Source of the DNA: Trichomonas gallinae
Taxonomy: Eukaryota
Direction: 5' to 3'
Assembly: GCA_008369845.1 (NCBI GenBank)
Contig: MRSU01010131.1
Span: forward strand, 1 to 48,646
Length of the DNA stretch: 48,646 nucleotides
In this document: piece after piece, positions 9,665 through 21,071 of the stretch
How the letters are laid out: each line of letters opens with the position of its first letter
Position numbering within the stretch: the first letter of the stretch is position 1
Made by a program: the position numbers and the translations under genes
The notes under the pieces: model-generated
Databases searched by the model: none
Told to the model about the DNA's origin: nothing
Seen by the model: the letters and a program-made list of their open reading frames with translations, nothing else

Positions 9665-9808
9665 TTCACAATTATATAGATTTCGCAAGTTTTTACGGGC
9701 GCGCAAGCGCCATAAAAATTAGCGAAATCTATAATTATGAAGCTTATGATTATTTTCACTTTAAATAGCATTGAAATTTGAATTGAAAATAATCGTATGA
9801 TTTATAAT
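9665..9808 (+). repeat. Dispersed hairpin-containing repeat (family B), most intact copy
   Basis: ~75-bp imperfect palindrome with GGCGC-GCAA-GCGCC apex plus a tail ending GAAATTTGAATTGAAAATAATCGTA; matches the reverse complement of 22700-22822. Confidence 0.85.
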
Positions 9809-10648
9809 ATTATACTTTGACGCATCTTTATACATGTCAAAATTTTGATAAATCATTTTACGTGTCAGATTTCCCAAAATAATACGATTTTAATGCTATA
9901 TGATCTTCTTCAATTAATATGTGTGCATGCGAATGATGCAACGGTAATAATAAAACAATATACTCGACAGAAACAACTACAACTATAAAAAACCAGACAT
10001 TCGGTGATGTTTACGAGCTGACAAGCTCCATTGGGGATGGCTGTCCGTTATCATTGATTTTGGCTTGAAAATATATTTCTTTAAGATGTCTCTAATATAT
10101 ACTGGTCTAAATATTTATTATTAATTTTAAAATCATAACTTGTTGCAAAGCAACACGTAACATTTGATTATATGTGAAAATATGATGCTATTTGTATTAA
10201 TAAAAGTTATATGAGCTAATATTTTACTCTCAAAATGGATCTTTTTCATCAGTTGTATCCCATTGTTATGAAAATATTCATTTATATGGTATAGCAAATC
10301 ATCTCCTGCAATATAATCACTTAGATGCAACTTTTGACATTTAGTGAAAAAATAAACTGTGGGAGTTATGTTGCTTATCCTCTCATAATAGATTCATATA
10401 TGTGTGCCTTACAATACTTTTGCAGAGTATTTGCAAAATCTAAAATAAACGATTATATTTCGAAAATATCATTCATAACATCTTTCATCTCCTATTTCAT
10501 TACAATTTATATTACTTGTGTACATATATTCTTCGCTCCTGGAAGCAGATAATTTGAATAAAATATGAAATTTGCAAATGTTGGGATAGAAAGGATAGAG
10601 TTTAAAATTAAATAAAAAACAAGAGATTAGACTAATATAATCTAAATT

Positions 10649-11635
10649 TCAAGCTCTTAGAGGGCTTGCTGCGATTGGCTTTGTGTATTTGAATGATTGT
10701 CTGCATTTTGCAGTCTTGCAGACCACAATCGGTGTGTAGTTTCTGATGTTGAGCTTGGGTGTTGTTATTGCTGGCAACTTACTTTCAACTTGAGATTGAC
10801 TACACTTGAAGTTTCCTGTATCAGTAATATGAAGGTAATTCACAATTTGATCAATTGTTGCCCTTGATTGTGGATCCTGAACAATACACATGTTAATTAT
10901 ATCACCGAGAACTCCTTGTGCATGATTATGGAAAACTAGTGTGCCATTCTTAATATCCTTAATGTACTGGGCCTCATTAACATACTTGAATGGGAAAGTA
11001 AGGTTTGTGAGCATGTGAATTGTTAGTCCAACTGACCAAATATCAGCCTTGAATGGATCATAATGGTCGCATAAGATGACCTCTGGGGCAAGAAATATTG
11101 TAGTGCCGCAGAATGTCGTCTGAGCAGTTGTTGTTTCTCGAGATAATCCAAAATCAATAAATTTGGGATTATAATCTGCATCAAAGAGAATATTCTCTGG
11201 CTTAATGTCTCTGTGAGCAATTCTTCTTTGATGGAGATATTGTAAACCGCTCAATATTCCTGCTACAATCTTAACTTGCTGGGTATATGTAAAAACCACG
11301 TTATTTAAAAGGACTTTCTGAAGGTCACCATTAGGAAGATATTCCATTACAATCATTATAATATCCTCTTCATATATGATCTGAAATACGCGGGCAATAT
11401 TAGGATGATCCAATCTGCTAGAAAGCCTGAGTTCGTTCTCAACATATTGAACAATATCGTTTTTGATGATTTCTAAACGGTTAATGATCTTAATTGCAAC
11501 GAATCGATCACGTTTCTCATCATGCCCGAGGACAACGACAGCAAAGGAACCTTTGCCGAGCTGCCTGATCACTTTGTACTTACCTACATGTTCTGGAATT
11601 CTGATGTGATTGGAGCAGCACTCAACCGTACTCAT
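10649..11635 (-). CDS. Ser/Thr protein kinase, CAMK group
   Basis: GKGSFAVV, VAIK, HRDIKPEN, DFG, TFCGT..FLAPE, DIWSVG; first ATG at 11635. Confidence 0.95.
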   Translation of the reverse strand: MSTVECCSNHIRIPEHVGKYKVIRQLGKGSFAVVVLGHDEKRDRFVAIKIINRLEIIKNDIVQYVENELRLSSRLDHPNIARVFQIIYEEDIIMIVMEYLPNGDLQKVLLNNVVFTYTQQVKIVAGILSGLQYLHQRRIAHRDIKPENILFDADYNPKFIDFGLSRETTTAQTTFCGTTIFLAPEVILCDHYDPFKADIWSVGLTIHMLTNLTFPFKYVNEAQYIKDIKNGTLVFHNHAQGVLGDIINMCIVQDPQSRATIDQIVNYLHITDTGNFKCSQSQVESKLPAITTPKLNIRNYTPIVVCKTAKCRQSFKYTKPIAASPLRA

Positions 11636-11707
11636 GATATAAAAAAATAAATTATAATTCAAAGCAATATAGTTTTTTCTTAAGTATTCAAATATTTATT
11701 TAGCTTT

Positions 11708-11871
11708 GAATATTGATATATAGTTATTATCCCATCATTATCATTCAGATGTATAAAACATGTTTCATTCAATTTGTTTTTAAGTTAAAACAAAATTACT
11801 GCTGTGAATATTGATATATAATGAATTTTCCATCATGATACCTCAAATGTATAAAACACGTTTTATTCAAT
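11708..11871. repeat. Local direct duplication of ~66 bp, period 98 bp
   Basis: GAATATTGATATATA...ATGTATAAAACAYGTTTYATTCAAT at 11708 and 11806. Confidence 0.85.
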
Positions 11872-13882
11872 ATATTTACGAAATTGAGATGTTCAGAAAA
11901 CCATGACCACGTATATTAATATTTTTGATCATTTCCTGCGAAATATCAATGTACTATGTCAATGGAGGATATGTACAAGGTTGAATTCAGAATGGCTGAA
12001 TTTTTTCAATAAAAACTAGAAAAAATGATATATTTCAGTCATGAAATCTCAATTTTTTGCTTAATATTACCCTATTCGTGGTATAAGGAAAGTTGAAGAT
12101 AAGAACGTTTATTTGGATAAAAACAAAATTGAATAAGGACATTGATTTCCTGACATAACCGTCTTCACTTTTTTATCTCCATAATTTAATAGGTCGAAGG
12201 AGATAGCGTATCTGGGTGGTTCTAATTAAGATTTTTCTTTCTATTCATTTTTATTCAATTTTTTGAAAGAAAATAATAAATAACGAGTAAACATGGCATA
12301 GAATTAAATCGGATAAGGATACTATGACAGCAGCGAAATATCCTAACTGATAGCAGCCTGTGGAAGAGTATTTTTGATCTTATTTTGAAGAAATTTCTAT
12401 TCCATTCCTCGGATGCATTTTTTATGACCAGTTACTTAATCGAAAGGCTTAGAACACTATGATTACTGATAATATGATTGAGAACACACCTATAAAATAT
12501 GATTCTCTATATAGATTGCATATGTAATAGTACATTGTCCTATAGACTCGATTTAATACACCCATGAATCATCAATTTTCTCATCAAGGATTTCAAATGC
12601 GCACCATACATATTCATTGTCATCGAAATGTCATACTTCATTATTATGTTTTAATTCATCCTATTTAATTATTTTGATTAAATCATTCCAAAAAAAGTAT
12701 TATTCTGCATTTACACATCTAATATTGACTATATAGGATTACATACACCATATTCTATAATTGAATAACTCATTTACATATATGAATGATGAATCATAAT
12801 TATGGAAAACAGTCTGTTGACTTTATTCTCGATTCATACAAGCCAGATTATATCTAATTTGGCTAAGATTACTTGATTCCAATGAGAATTTGAGGAAAAA
12901 TAGAAAGGTTTCAAAAATCTGTTTTCGTTCGAATTCTGATCACTTCAATGGCTACATATTAGCGAATTTCGAAGTATTAACTGGGCAAGAATTTTCCAAC
13001 ATGATTCACGAAAAAGAACATTATTTTTTTTTTTTTTTTTTTGATTCAAGTCGAATCTAATCATGTAAACAGTAAAATATATGACAATATGTTAATTTCG
13101 ATGGATGATTTAATGGTATAGAATCTATTTAAACCGTATAGGACTCATTTATACTGCGTTTTCTCCGAGACATCTTGTTTTTGCACGGGTATGAATTTGT
13201 TAGAGTTTTGACTCATGTGAAGATGGCAAGCAATAATGCTTATAACAAGCTTATGAGCAAACTGTATATAAATATATTATTTCATATAAATGATAGTTGA
13301 ATTGCTACTGATTGGCTTAGAAACCCTGTTCAATATTCAAACTGTTTAACATGATATACTGTGACAGGAGATCAGTCCAGCAACAGCACTGTGTAAATAT
13401 ACATGTATCTCTAAGGTACTTATAATTATTAATACTTATTTTAGTACCTAACGAAAATCTGACATCTAAAGTTTACAAGCTATTTCCAAAATTTCGTGTT
13501 CTCACAGTGATAGAAGCATTTACGGCATAGGTTCTTTAGGAAGATTATCAAAAGTATATTTTTCACTATTTCACGAATGAGATAATGAAAACATAGATGT
13601 TTGGTTCAAAAAAATGGATTATTAAAATATTAACCTTATGCTTTACACGACATTTTGGCAAAAAAGTGGATGTCAAATAAATCCTCTTTTTTATCATATA
13701 TTTATATTATATAAACTGTATATATCAATATTTTCAATAAGAAAAGCGTAAAACTCTAATATTTAAAAAGTTATGAACATTTTTTTTTTATTTTAATGCG
13801 ATGTGTCATTAGTTTATATGATAAACTATTGATTTTTCGCAATTTCGCATTTTTCAAAATTGATGAAAAAAAAAATTTCACA

Positions 13883-15892
13883 ATGTTGCAGCACAGAGGA
13901 TTTCTCCGAAACATTGCAATTTTCTACAGAAAAAACAAACTCCCGTTACTTGCTGTTGCCACATTTGCAGTATCAACGCTTGTTTTGCTGAAATTCCTTC
14001 ACATTCGAGAAATTTCTCAACCACCGCCGTTTTACGGAGACATTAACGACATTGTCATACCTCCACGATACAACTCCAATCAGTCTGCGTCGTTTAAATA
14101 TCCAGAAATCCTCACAAAAGCTGAATGCATTAATAGGCAAGATTATAACAAAGAATTTCTTCGATTTGTTCATATTCCGCCTGATCATCCGAAACATCAA
14201 GTCCTCAAATACACACTCGTCGCTGGATCGAAGTCTCCAGTCGGCGCCGCATTAGTTAGATATCTAAAGCGAAATCACATACCCGTTGTCGAAGTTGAGG
14301 GTCCTTATGATCTCGGCTTCGCATCTACAGTCGATACAGGCGCTTACAACAATCTTTCATTATCAAATGTTTTTGTAGTCGCGCAACCTCCATTTCCAGC
14401 ATTAAATCACACAGCATCCAATGTTTACTATCAAGGCTCATATGTAACTTTCTTCCAAAGAGTCCTACAACTATCGAGCATCAAAAGAGTGCCAGCAGTC
14501 ATTGTAATGCAGCCACCTTTCCTGCTGCAGCACATAGAGACTATACAATGGTACTCAGCGAATCTAATACTACTGCCGTATCTCGCTGACATGTCACAGA
14601 TCGACGACTTAGACAATCCATTCGTAAAAATATATCAAGACTGTGTTTACACCAAAAAATCAACAGTGAGAGTGAATGATTATCCTGTAATAGTTGCATC
14701 GCCAGATGATGTCATCCCAGAGATACTGAGGGTCGCGAAAAGGCCAGGAGGCACAGAACTGGTGACAATCAAAGGCCACAAAGACTTGAAGCTCAAAGAC
14801 GCAATTTCTCTTTTCACGGATTTGCTTCCAGGCGAATGCAAAGTCACTACGACTAAATCAGTCATGGAGCTCTATCCTTCTGTTCTCGAAACAGTCCGCA
14901 CAACAATAGGCAGCAGTAAAGCTGACTTCTTGAAAATGATGAAAGCACAACTCGCGAAAATTCCAGAAGGTTCTACTATGTATTCAACTGTCAAACCGTA
15001 TGTTTCCATTGTTCTCGCTGGATCTGCGGACCAATACAATGGAACATACATTCACAGGCTTCAGACATATATAGACAGTACAGCCAATGCTATAAGCTAT
15101 TCTGCTCCACAGGCATCAATCGAAATTGTTGTCGTTGAAATTCCGAAGAAGGGAGAAAAATGCAAATTCAACGACAACATAAAAGTTCCAGAAGTTCTGA
15201 GAAAGCATGTTAGAATCATTGAAGGCCCAGAAGATGTATACGATGGTGTCGCATTCCCAGAATTCTTAGCGAAGAACATAGGAATAAGAAGAGCTTTCGG
15301 TGATTTCGTTTTGATTTCTGATGTCAACGCTATAATACCTATCGTATTTTATGACATTGTCGCAAGAAGGCACTTGAACAAAGGTATCGTTTACAGAGCA
15401 AATACACTTGAAGAGAATGGAACTGTTTCTCATGACGAATACGCGAAAACAGCTGAGAAATCTTTTATTTACGCACATAATAATGACGGGTACTATGAGA
15501 AATGCACTCACTTTTCCGGTTTTGTTATCTTAAGAGGAAAGAGCGAATACGATATTGAAGCTGGCTGCGACTCCATGTCTTTCACAATGGCGTCTAAAGA
15601 GCTGTGGTACGCGATATCAGGACTCAATGAGTATCCTTACAACGACAATTTGGATATGATTAGTTTCATGAAGTTCTTCAAGATCGTTCCTGGAATTCCT
15701 ATCCACTTTTTCCCATTCCCGCTGTTTAAGTATCCAGTTCCTGAACTAGCGAACAAACCATTCATTGACATTAATCCAGATGAAATACAGAAACAATACC
15801 AATGCTCAGGAGATACAACAGCAGCGAAGAAATTCGGAGATTCAGCAAGATGGGGTCTGCCTAACACGAAACTGAAAATTTTTGTTAAATAA
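13883..15892 (+). CDS. Type II membrane protein: degenerate NAD-epimerase-like domain fused to a GT-A (GT2-like) glycosyltransferase domain
   Basis: N-terminal TM anchor; TLVAGSKSPVGAALVRYL (degenerate Rossmann GxxGxxG); PYVSIVL and AKNIGIRRAFGDFVLISDVN (GT-A pattern); ATG 13883 preferred over 13796 on composition. Confidence 0.7.
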   Translation: MLQHRGFLRNIAIFYRKNKLPLLAVATFAVSTLVLLKFLHIREISQPPPFYGDINDIVIPPRYNSNQSASFKYPEILTKAECINRQDYNKEFLRFVHIPPDHPKHQVLKYTLVAGSKSPVGAALVRYLKRNHIPVVEVEGPYDLGFASTVDTGAYNNLSLSNVFVVAQPPFPALNHTASNVYYQGSYVTFFQRVLQLSSIKRVPAVIVMQPPFLLQHIETIQWYSANLILLPYLADMSQIDDLDNPFVKIYQDCVYTKKSTVRVNDYPVIVASPDDVIPEILRVAKRPGGTELVTIKGHKDLKLKDAISLFTDLLPGECKVTTTKSVMELYPSVLETVRTTIGSSKADFLKMMKAQLAKIPEGSTMYSTVKPYVSIVLAGSADQYNGTYIHRLQTYIDSTANAISYSAPQASIEIVVVEIPKKGEKCKFNDNIKVPEVLRKHVRIIEGPEDVYDGVAFPEFLAKNIGIRRAFGDFVLISDVNAIIPIVFYDIVARRHLNKGIVYRANTLEENGTVSHDEYAKTAEKSFIYAHNNDGYYEKCTHFSGFVILRGKSEYDIEAGCDSMSFTMASKELWYAISGLNEYPYNDNLDMISFMKFFKIVPGIPIHFFPFPLFKYPVPELANKPFIDINPDEIQKQYQCSGDTTAAKKFGDSARWGLPNTKLKIFVK

Positions 15893-16214
15893 TGTAATAT
15901 AATTGTAGTAAATAGTTATATATGATCCGCATTTTACTGTACTTAACATAAAGATGTGCAAATGTTCTAACTTATGCATTTAATCATGTTCATGATTTGT
16001 CTATAAAACAGAATTTTTTATTTTTGTCATCATCATGATGATTATCAATCAAATCACATCATGTTAAACAAAAATATGCAATGTTGAATTTTGGATTTTA
16101 ATTTGGAATTGTCAAGTAAGTTTTATATCAATAGTTTCTTATTTGAAACCAAGAAATAAAAAAAGTAGATTTGCATATTGAAACAATTTACATGAAGTTG
16201 AAAAATAATAAAAA

Positions 16215-19200
16215 TTAAAGGTATTCTTCGCAACCGATTTCATTGTCGGACCATATCTGGATGCATACATCGACATCTGCTGTGCAATCGATGACGTAAG
16301 GGACTAAGAACCATGGCTCATCGACTTCGTTAACTTGGTAGATCCAAGATGTGACTTCCATGTTCTTGAAAGCCGCCTCGTGGAATGATTTTTCGTGGAC
16401 ATAGAGGTTCTTGATCTTCTCTGATGTCTTCTTCATGACGATCTGATGGTTGCCTGTGACGGATGTCTTTTCGTAGAGAATCCAAAGGTTTGTTGGCCTG
16501 TTCATTGTCAACTTCCACTGTGTCAAGAACTCAGAGCCTTTGTTGACCTTGTATTCGCATCCAGCCTTGAAGCTTGTCTTCATCACATAGTTGTATCTGC
16601 CAGTTGTTCTCAAGCAGCAGTAAATTCTGTTGAAGTGCTTCATGAAATCGTCGAATGCCATCATGAAGATTCCATCATCTTTATTAGAGATTCCGAGTCT
16701 CTGCCTTAGCTGATCTGTCCAGCGTGGATCAGAGTCGCACCATGGGCCTTTCCACTCTGTGTCGCCCCATGTGTTCCTCAGCTTGACGAACTGTGTGCCC
16801 TTGTACTCATAGATTCCGAGAATCGTGTATGCGTGACCGAGAACGATGCCTAGAGCATCCTTTTGTGTGTCACTTCCACCATTACTGCCAGCGCACAAGA
16901 AGTTGTGACCGGCTCTGAATCCGAAGATCTGGCGCCAGAGTGAGCCATCCTGGAACATCTTGCGTGTCTCAGGCAAATCGATTTCTATCTGGTAAGGGAA
17001 GAAGCCTGTAAGGTGATAAAGAGCGACGTGTGAGCATCCACCGTTGATCGCCGAGTAGCTTCCGAAATACTTAGCGTAAGCTTTCTCGACGATGGCTGGC
17101 CAGTATGACGCAGTCTTAGAGTCAGGGGAAGTGAACGAGCAGCGGTCTGGCCTGTTCTGATAGAATGGAACGAATGTGTCGACTGTGACTTTGTCGACTT
17201 TGCCAAACCTATGGAATGACACACATGAAATATATGCGTTGTTCTTTATTGGTTGCTCGAAGATTTGCTGGACGAGCTTTGGATCTTCAGCGAGCGCTGA
17301 CATTGCAGCAACTAAGTAGCAGTCGCCGAGTCTTCCTTGTTGGAAATTAGTCTGGCTGATTTGGTCCATAATCTCAGGGAACTGATTCTCGAGCCTGTCG
17401 AAAACTGACTCGTTGAGCTTCTTCGCGACTTCTGGCGTTTCTGCTTTAGGCTGCTGCGGGTACCACGTTGGATCGGAGAACTTCTGCTTGCGCTGCATAA
17501 GAGATACCAAAAGTCTTGTGTACTGGCTCTGCTGCATGTTTGCGATGTTGGAAAGTGGAGTGTTTCCGAGATTCCTGCGAAGTCTTTCTTCTTCTTCACG
17601 TTTGATTCTGTCTTGTTCTGCTTTGAGTTTCTTGAGGGCTTCTTCTTCCTCTCTTCTCTTTCTCTCTTCTTCTTCCTGCCTCCTTCTTTCTTCTTCATCT
17701 TCTCGTCTTCGCCTTTCTTCTTCCTTTCTCTTTCTTTCGAGAGCCTGTTGACGTCTTCTCTCTCTGTCTTCCGCGTCTTTGATCTTCTTGAGCTCCTCTT
17801 CTTCTTGCTTCCTTCTCCTGTCTTCCTCGATTCTCTGCTGGATCATTTGCTGTCTCCTGATCTCCATCTCTTTACGTCTCTTGTATGCTTCGGCTTCCTT
17901 CTGTCTGATGTTCTCCTTGATCTGCTGCAGTTCGCGCTCAGCCTTGAGAAGATCGTCTCCCAAGAGTTGTTGTAAAGCCTGATCATTCTGCTGATCAAGT
18001 TGGTTCCTGTTCTGTATTCTCAAAGCTGCCTGGGACGCGAGATGTTCGTAATACAATCTCGCTGCCTGTTCGTCGGCGTCTTGCTTCTTAACAGCATCGT
18101 AAATCTCGAAAATTTGTCTTCTTTCGTCGGCAGACCAGTTTTGTTCTTCGAGTAAATAACCTAAGTTCTTTATCTTCTTCTTGTACTTGTCGTGCAAGAA
18201 CTGCCTAACGAACATGAACTCTGACTCACAAACAGACGAAATTCTCGCCTTGTACATGTTAACTTGGTCGAACTGAGCCTGTGTAACAGAAATCATCTTT
18301 TTCTTGTATGCAATGAAATCTTTGTAGTCTGTAAGTTCTTCGACGATGATTTCGTTGTTGTCTGCTCCATCTATTGCGCCGATTCCTCTGATCACGTTTA
18401 GAGTATCCTCGAGAAGATTGTTTGGCGCGTATTGGAGAGAGAAGTTTGTCTTGTCATCTGACAAAGCCATCAGCAAAAGGTTGATGGCAGGAATAAAAGC
18501 CAAACTGACAATGACGCCGATATATCCGTACTGCGGGAAATCGCTGAAAATGATTGTGAACAAGCCCCATATAATGGGCAAGACCTCGTCTATAGCGAAA
18601 ACAAGGTTCAACAATGGATGTGCGAGAAGTGTGTTGTCAGAATAATAACGAACTGGATAGAAAAGTGATGAATATGTCAACTCATTCGACTGGAAGAGCA
18701 AAATCAAAGTGAAAACGAAAGAAACGCCGAAGATGACAATGCAGATGACAGTCAGCGCCAAGAAAGGCTTGTCCATCTTGATGCCGAGGTAGATGATGTC
18801 TGCGAGCATCAAAAGACACATTACTATGATGCATATCAATGGTTTCCAGTTGAATTTTTCTTCTTTCTTCATTACTCCGTAAGCTAATGTACCGAAGAAG
18901 ACGGCAACTGTGATGAAAATAGCTACGCATGGAGCAATCAAGACTTTCGCGAGAATTAAGTAAATTAAGCTTCCAATCGCGATTAATGCTGAAGGAATCA
19001 AAATGTAGAGTAATGATGTGAATGAATACAAGCATCTGCTTGAGTGTTCATAAGCAACACCAATAAGAGCGCTTGCGAAGAATCCGACGACTAATGCTGT
19101 GATTAAAGTGTTAATCCACTTCGTAACAGCACCAATGCCAACAGAGAAGCAAGCAAAGAGAATAATAGAGCATGCAAGTTGAAGGAAGCCTGAATTCGTA

Positions 19201-20849
19201 AGATTGTCTGAATCAATTGTAACTCTGAAGAAATATGCATAGAAAACTATGCCTGTGAGTAAACTTGCAAGGATTAATGACCAATATTCGCATCCTTTGA
19301 TAACAAATGGAAGAATAATGATCAAAGGCGTTGAAATAATCCAAATGATTGAAAATACGAACAAAGAAATTTCAAAATTGAATGCTGATCCATCGCATAT
19401 TGATGCACATGCTGATTTGAATGTGAGCATAACATCAAATGAAGAAACAATCATAATTCCAATTGAGCATAATAATGAAACGAAAATTGGAGAAAATGTT
19501 GCACGTAATGTTATTGTATTATAGAAGCATGGTACACCTGCTGATAAACCAATTGACAAAACTGATGCAACAACAAATAAAATAATTGTTGGGATATTTA
19601 CGCGTCCTTCCAATTGGAACATTATTGCAAAGCCAGCACCAGCCAAACCAATGCATAAAGCAATGATTTCCAAAATTAATGTAAGATTTTGTTGGCTAAT
19701 TGTGTTATAAACAAGTGAGAAGTCCGATTTCATTGTTAATACGCCATCAACAACAATAGCAACTAGCAAAACAATAACACTGATGCCTTCAAAAACGACT
19801 GTCTTTAAATCGACTTTTCTTTGACCGTGATTCATTAAAACGAGGTTGTCAATGATTTGTTCGCAACGAATCTGGTAGACATCATAGGCTCTGAAGCACC
19901 ATAAATCGAAAATAAATTTCGCTAATGCAACAATTATCAAGAAAAAGAAGATTACGCCATGTCCAACAAACCAGTAGTTAACTGTGAATGTAACGATTAC
20001 TGATTTGAGGATCAAAGCCAAGATTGCCAAAGAAATAGATAAAACATTAAAATGAGTCGTGATATAAACTATGAGTAAGAGGACATCGAGGCCAAAGAAC
20101 ATGATTGCTGTTGCATATGAAGCAACCTTTTCGTCTTTCTTCCAGAATAATGCAGCATAAACTATTGCGCAAGCGAGGCTGATTATAATATGGATGAAAT
20201 AATCGTACCACTTGAAACGGTCATTTCCGTTGTATGCGGCTGAATTTTCTTGCTCGAAATTTCCAACTTCAAGAGAATGTACTTGTGTGATATCTTTTAT
20301 CCTTCTTCTGCGAATGACAACGATTAGTGAGAATACTATGATAGGTGGCCAGGCAAAAAGATAGCCGCAACCCATCCAACTAAGAGATGGATATAAAAAT
20401 ACGTAAACAAAAGGTGTTACAATGATCGCGATGACGAGTATGCATAATACTAATTTCCACAAGAAGCCTAAATTATAGCCTTGCTTCGAATAATATTTGA
20501 TTAATGCGAATAATCCGATGTATGCTGGTATTACTAACACGAAAATTAGACCAAAAATCGCAGGACTAAATTTTATGAACATTATTACGCCAAAAATTAT
20601 TGGAAGTGCGTATGGAATAATATAGAAAATCATCCATAAAATCGAAACAATATCTCCTGGGAAGGATCTGGATTTGTGGGATAATAATAGTGAGAAAATT
20701 GTACTTAAATCGCTAAATGGACGCCAATGAACTATTTTGCTATTGATTAAAGTCCAAAAAATCAGTGATATTAAGAATGGTACTCCAAGTCCGAGTCCAA
20801 CCTTCAACATTAAGGATGAATCAATGTCTGAAGCCCAGATCCCGGTCAT
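16215..20849 (-). CDS. Multi-pass transmembrane calpain (DEK1-like architecture)
   Basis: ~23 hydrophobic helices by eye, E/R/K-rich helical linker, CysPc triad QGRLGDC / GHAY / LRNTWG, C-terminal beta-rich domain III; likely ATG at 20849. Confidence 0.92.
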   Translation of the reverse strand: MTGIWASDIDSSLMLKVGLGLGVPFLISLIFWTLINSKIVHWRPFSDLSTIFSLLLSHKSRSFPGDIVSILWMIFYIIPYALPIIFGVIMFIKFSPAIFGLIFVLVIPAYIGLFALIKYYSKQGYNLGFLWKLVLCILVIAIIVTPFVYVFLYPSLSWMGCGYLFAWPPIIVFSLIVVIRRRRIKDITQVHSLEVGNFEQENSAAYNGNDRFKWYDYFIHIIISLACAIVYAALFWKKDEKVASYATAIMFFGLDVLLLIVYITTHFNVLSISLAILALILKSVIVTFTVNYWFVGHGVIFFFLIIVALAKFIFDLWCFRAYDVYQIRCEQIIDNLVLMNHGQRKVDLKTVVFEGISVIVLLVAIVVDGVLTMKSDFSLVYNTISQQNLTLILEIIALCIGLAGAGFAIMFQLEGRVNIPTIILFVVASVLSIGLSAGVPCFYNTITLRATFSPIFVSLLCSIGIMIVSSFDVMLTFKSACASICDGSAFNFEISLFVFSIIWIISTPLIIILPFVIKGCEYWSLILASLLTGIVFYAYFFRVTIDSDNLTNSGFLQLACSIILFACFSVGIGAVTKWINTLITALVVGFFASALIGVAYEHSSRCLYSFTSLLYILIPSALIAIGSLIYLILAKVLIAPCVAIFITVAVFFGTLAYGVMKKEEKFNWKPLICIIVMCLLMLADIIYLGIKMDKPFLALTVICIVIFGVSFVFTLILLFQSNELTYSSLFYPVRYYSDNTLLAHPLLNLVFAIDEVLPIIWGLFTIIFSDFPQYGYIGVIVSLAFIPAINLLLMALSDDKTNFSLQYAPNNLLEDTLNVIRGIGAIDGADNNEIIVEELTDYKDFIAYKKKMISVTQAQFDQVNMYKARISSVCESEFMFVRQFLHDKYKKKIKNLGYLLEEQNWSADERRQIFEIYDAVKKQDADEQAARLYYEHLASQAALRIQNRNQLDQQNDQALQQLLGDDLLKAERELQQIKENIRQKEAEAYKRRKEMEIRRQQMIQQRIEEDRRRKQEEEELKKIKDAEDRERRRQQALERKRKEEERRRREDEEERRRQEEEERKRREEEEALKKLKAEQDRIKREEEERLRRNLGNTPLSNIANMQQSQYTRLLVSLMQRKQKFSDPTWYPQQPKAETPEVAKKLNESVFDRLENQFPEIMDQISQTNFQQGRLGDCYLVAAMSALAEDPKLVQQIFEQPIKNNAYISCVSFHRFGKVDKVTVDTFVPFYQNRPDRCSFTSPDSKTASYWPAIVEKAYAKYFGSYSAINGGCSHVALYHLTGFFPYQIEIDLPETRKMFQDGSLWRQIFGFRAGHNFLCAGSNGGSDTQKDALGIVLGHAYTILGIYEYKGTQFVKLRNTWGDTEWKGPWCDSDPRWTDQLRQRLGISNKDDGIFMMAFDDFMKHFNRIYCCLRTTGRYNYVMKTSFKAGCEYKVNKGSEFLTQWKLTMNRPTNLWILYEKTSVTGNHQIVMKKTSEKIKNLYVHEKSFHEAAFKNMEVTSWIYQVNEVDEPWFLVPYVIDCTADVDVCIQIWSDNEIGCEEYL

Positions 20850-21071
20850 TGAAATAAAATTTTTATTCTTAGCAAAAAAAAAAAATTCGATGACAAGTCG
20901 TAATATCAACTTCATCCAATAAATCAAAATATATATAGTATTCGTGTCAAGTTTATTGAATGGCCGAGATTAATTACGATCACTTTATATTTCACCGGAA
21001 AATTTTGAAGTCGCGGAATTATTGAAGGGTTTTACCCTCAAAAAGTGAGATATTTGTGCCCATAAATAAAA

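Noticed and set aside
11708..11871. 98-bp period close to the 99-bp ankyrin repeat length
   Set aside because: The translation examined shows no ankyrin motifs and the period is not a multiple of three; kept only as a local duplication
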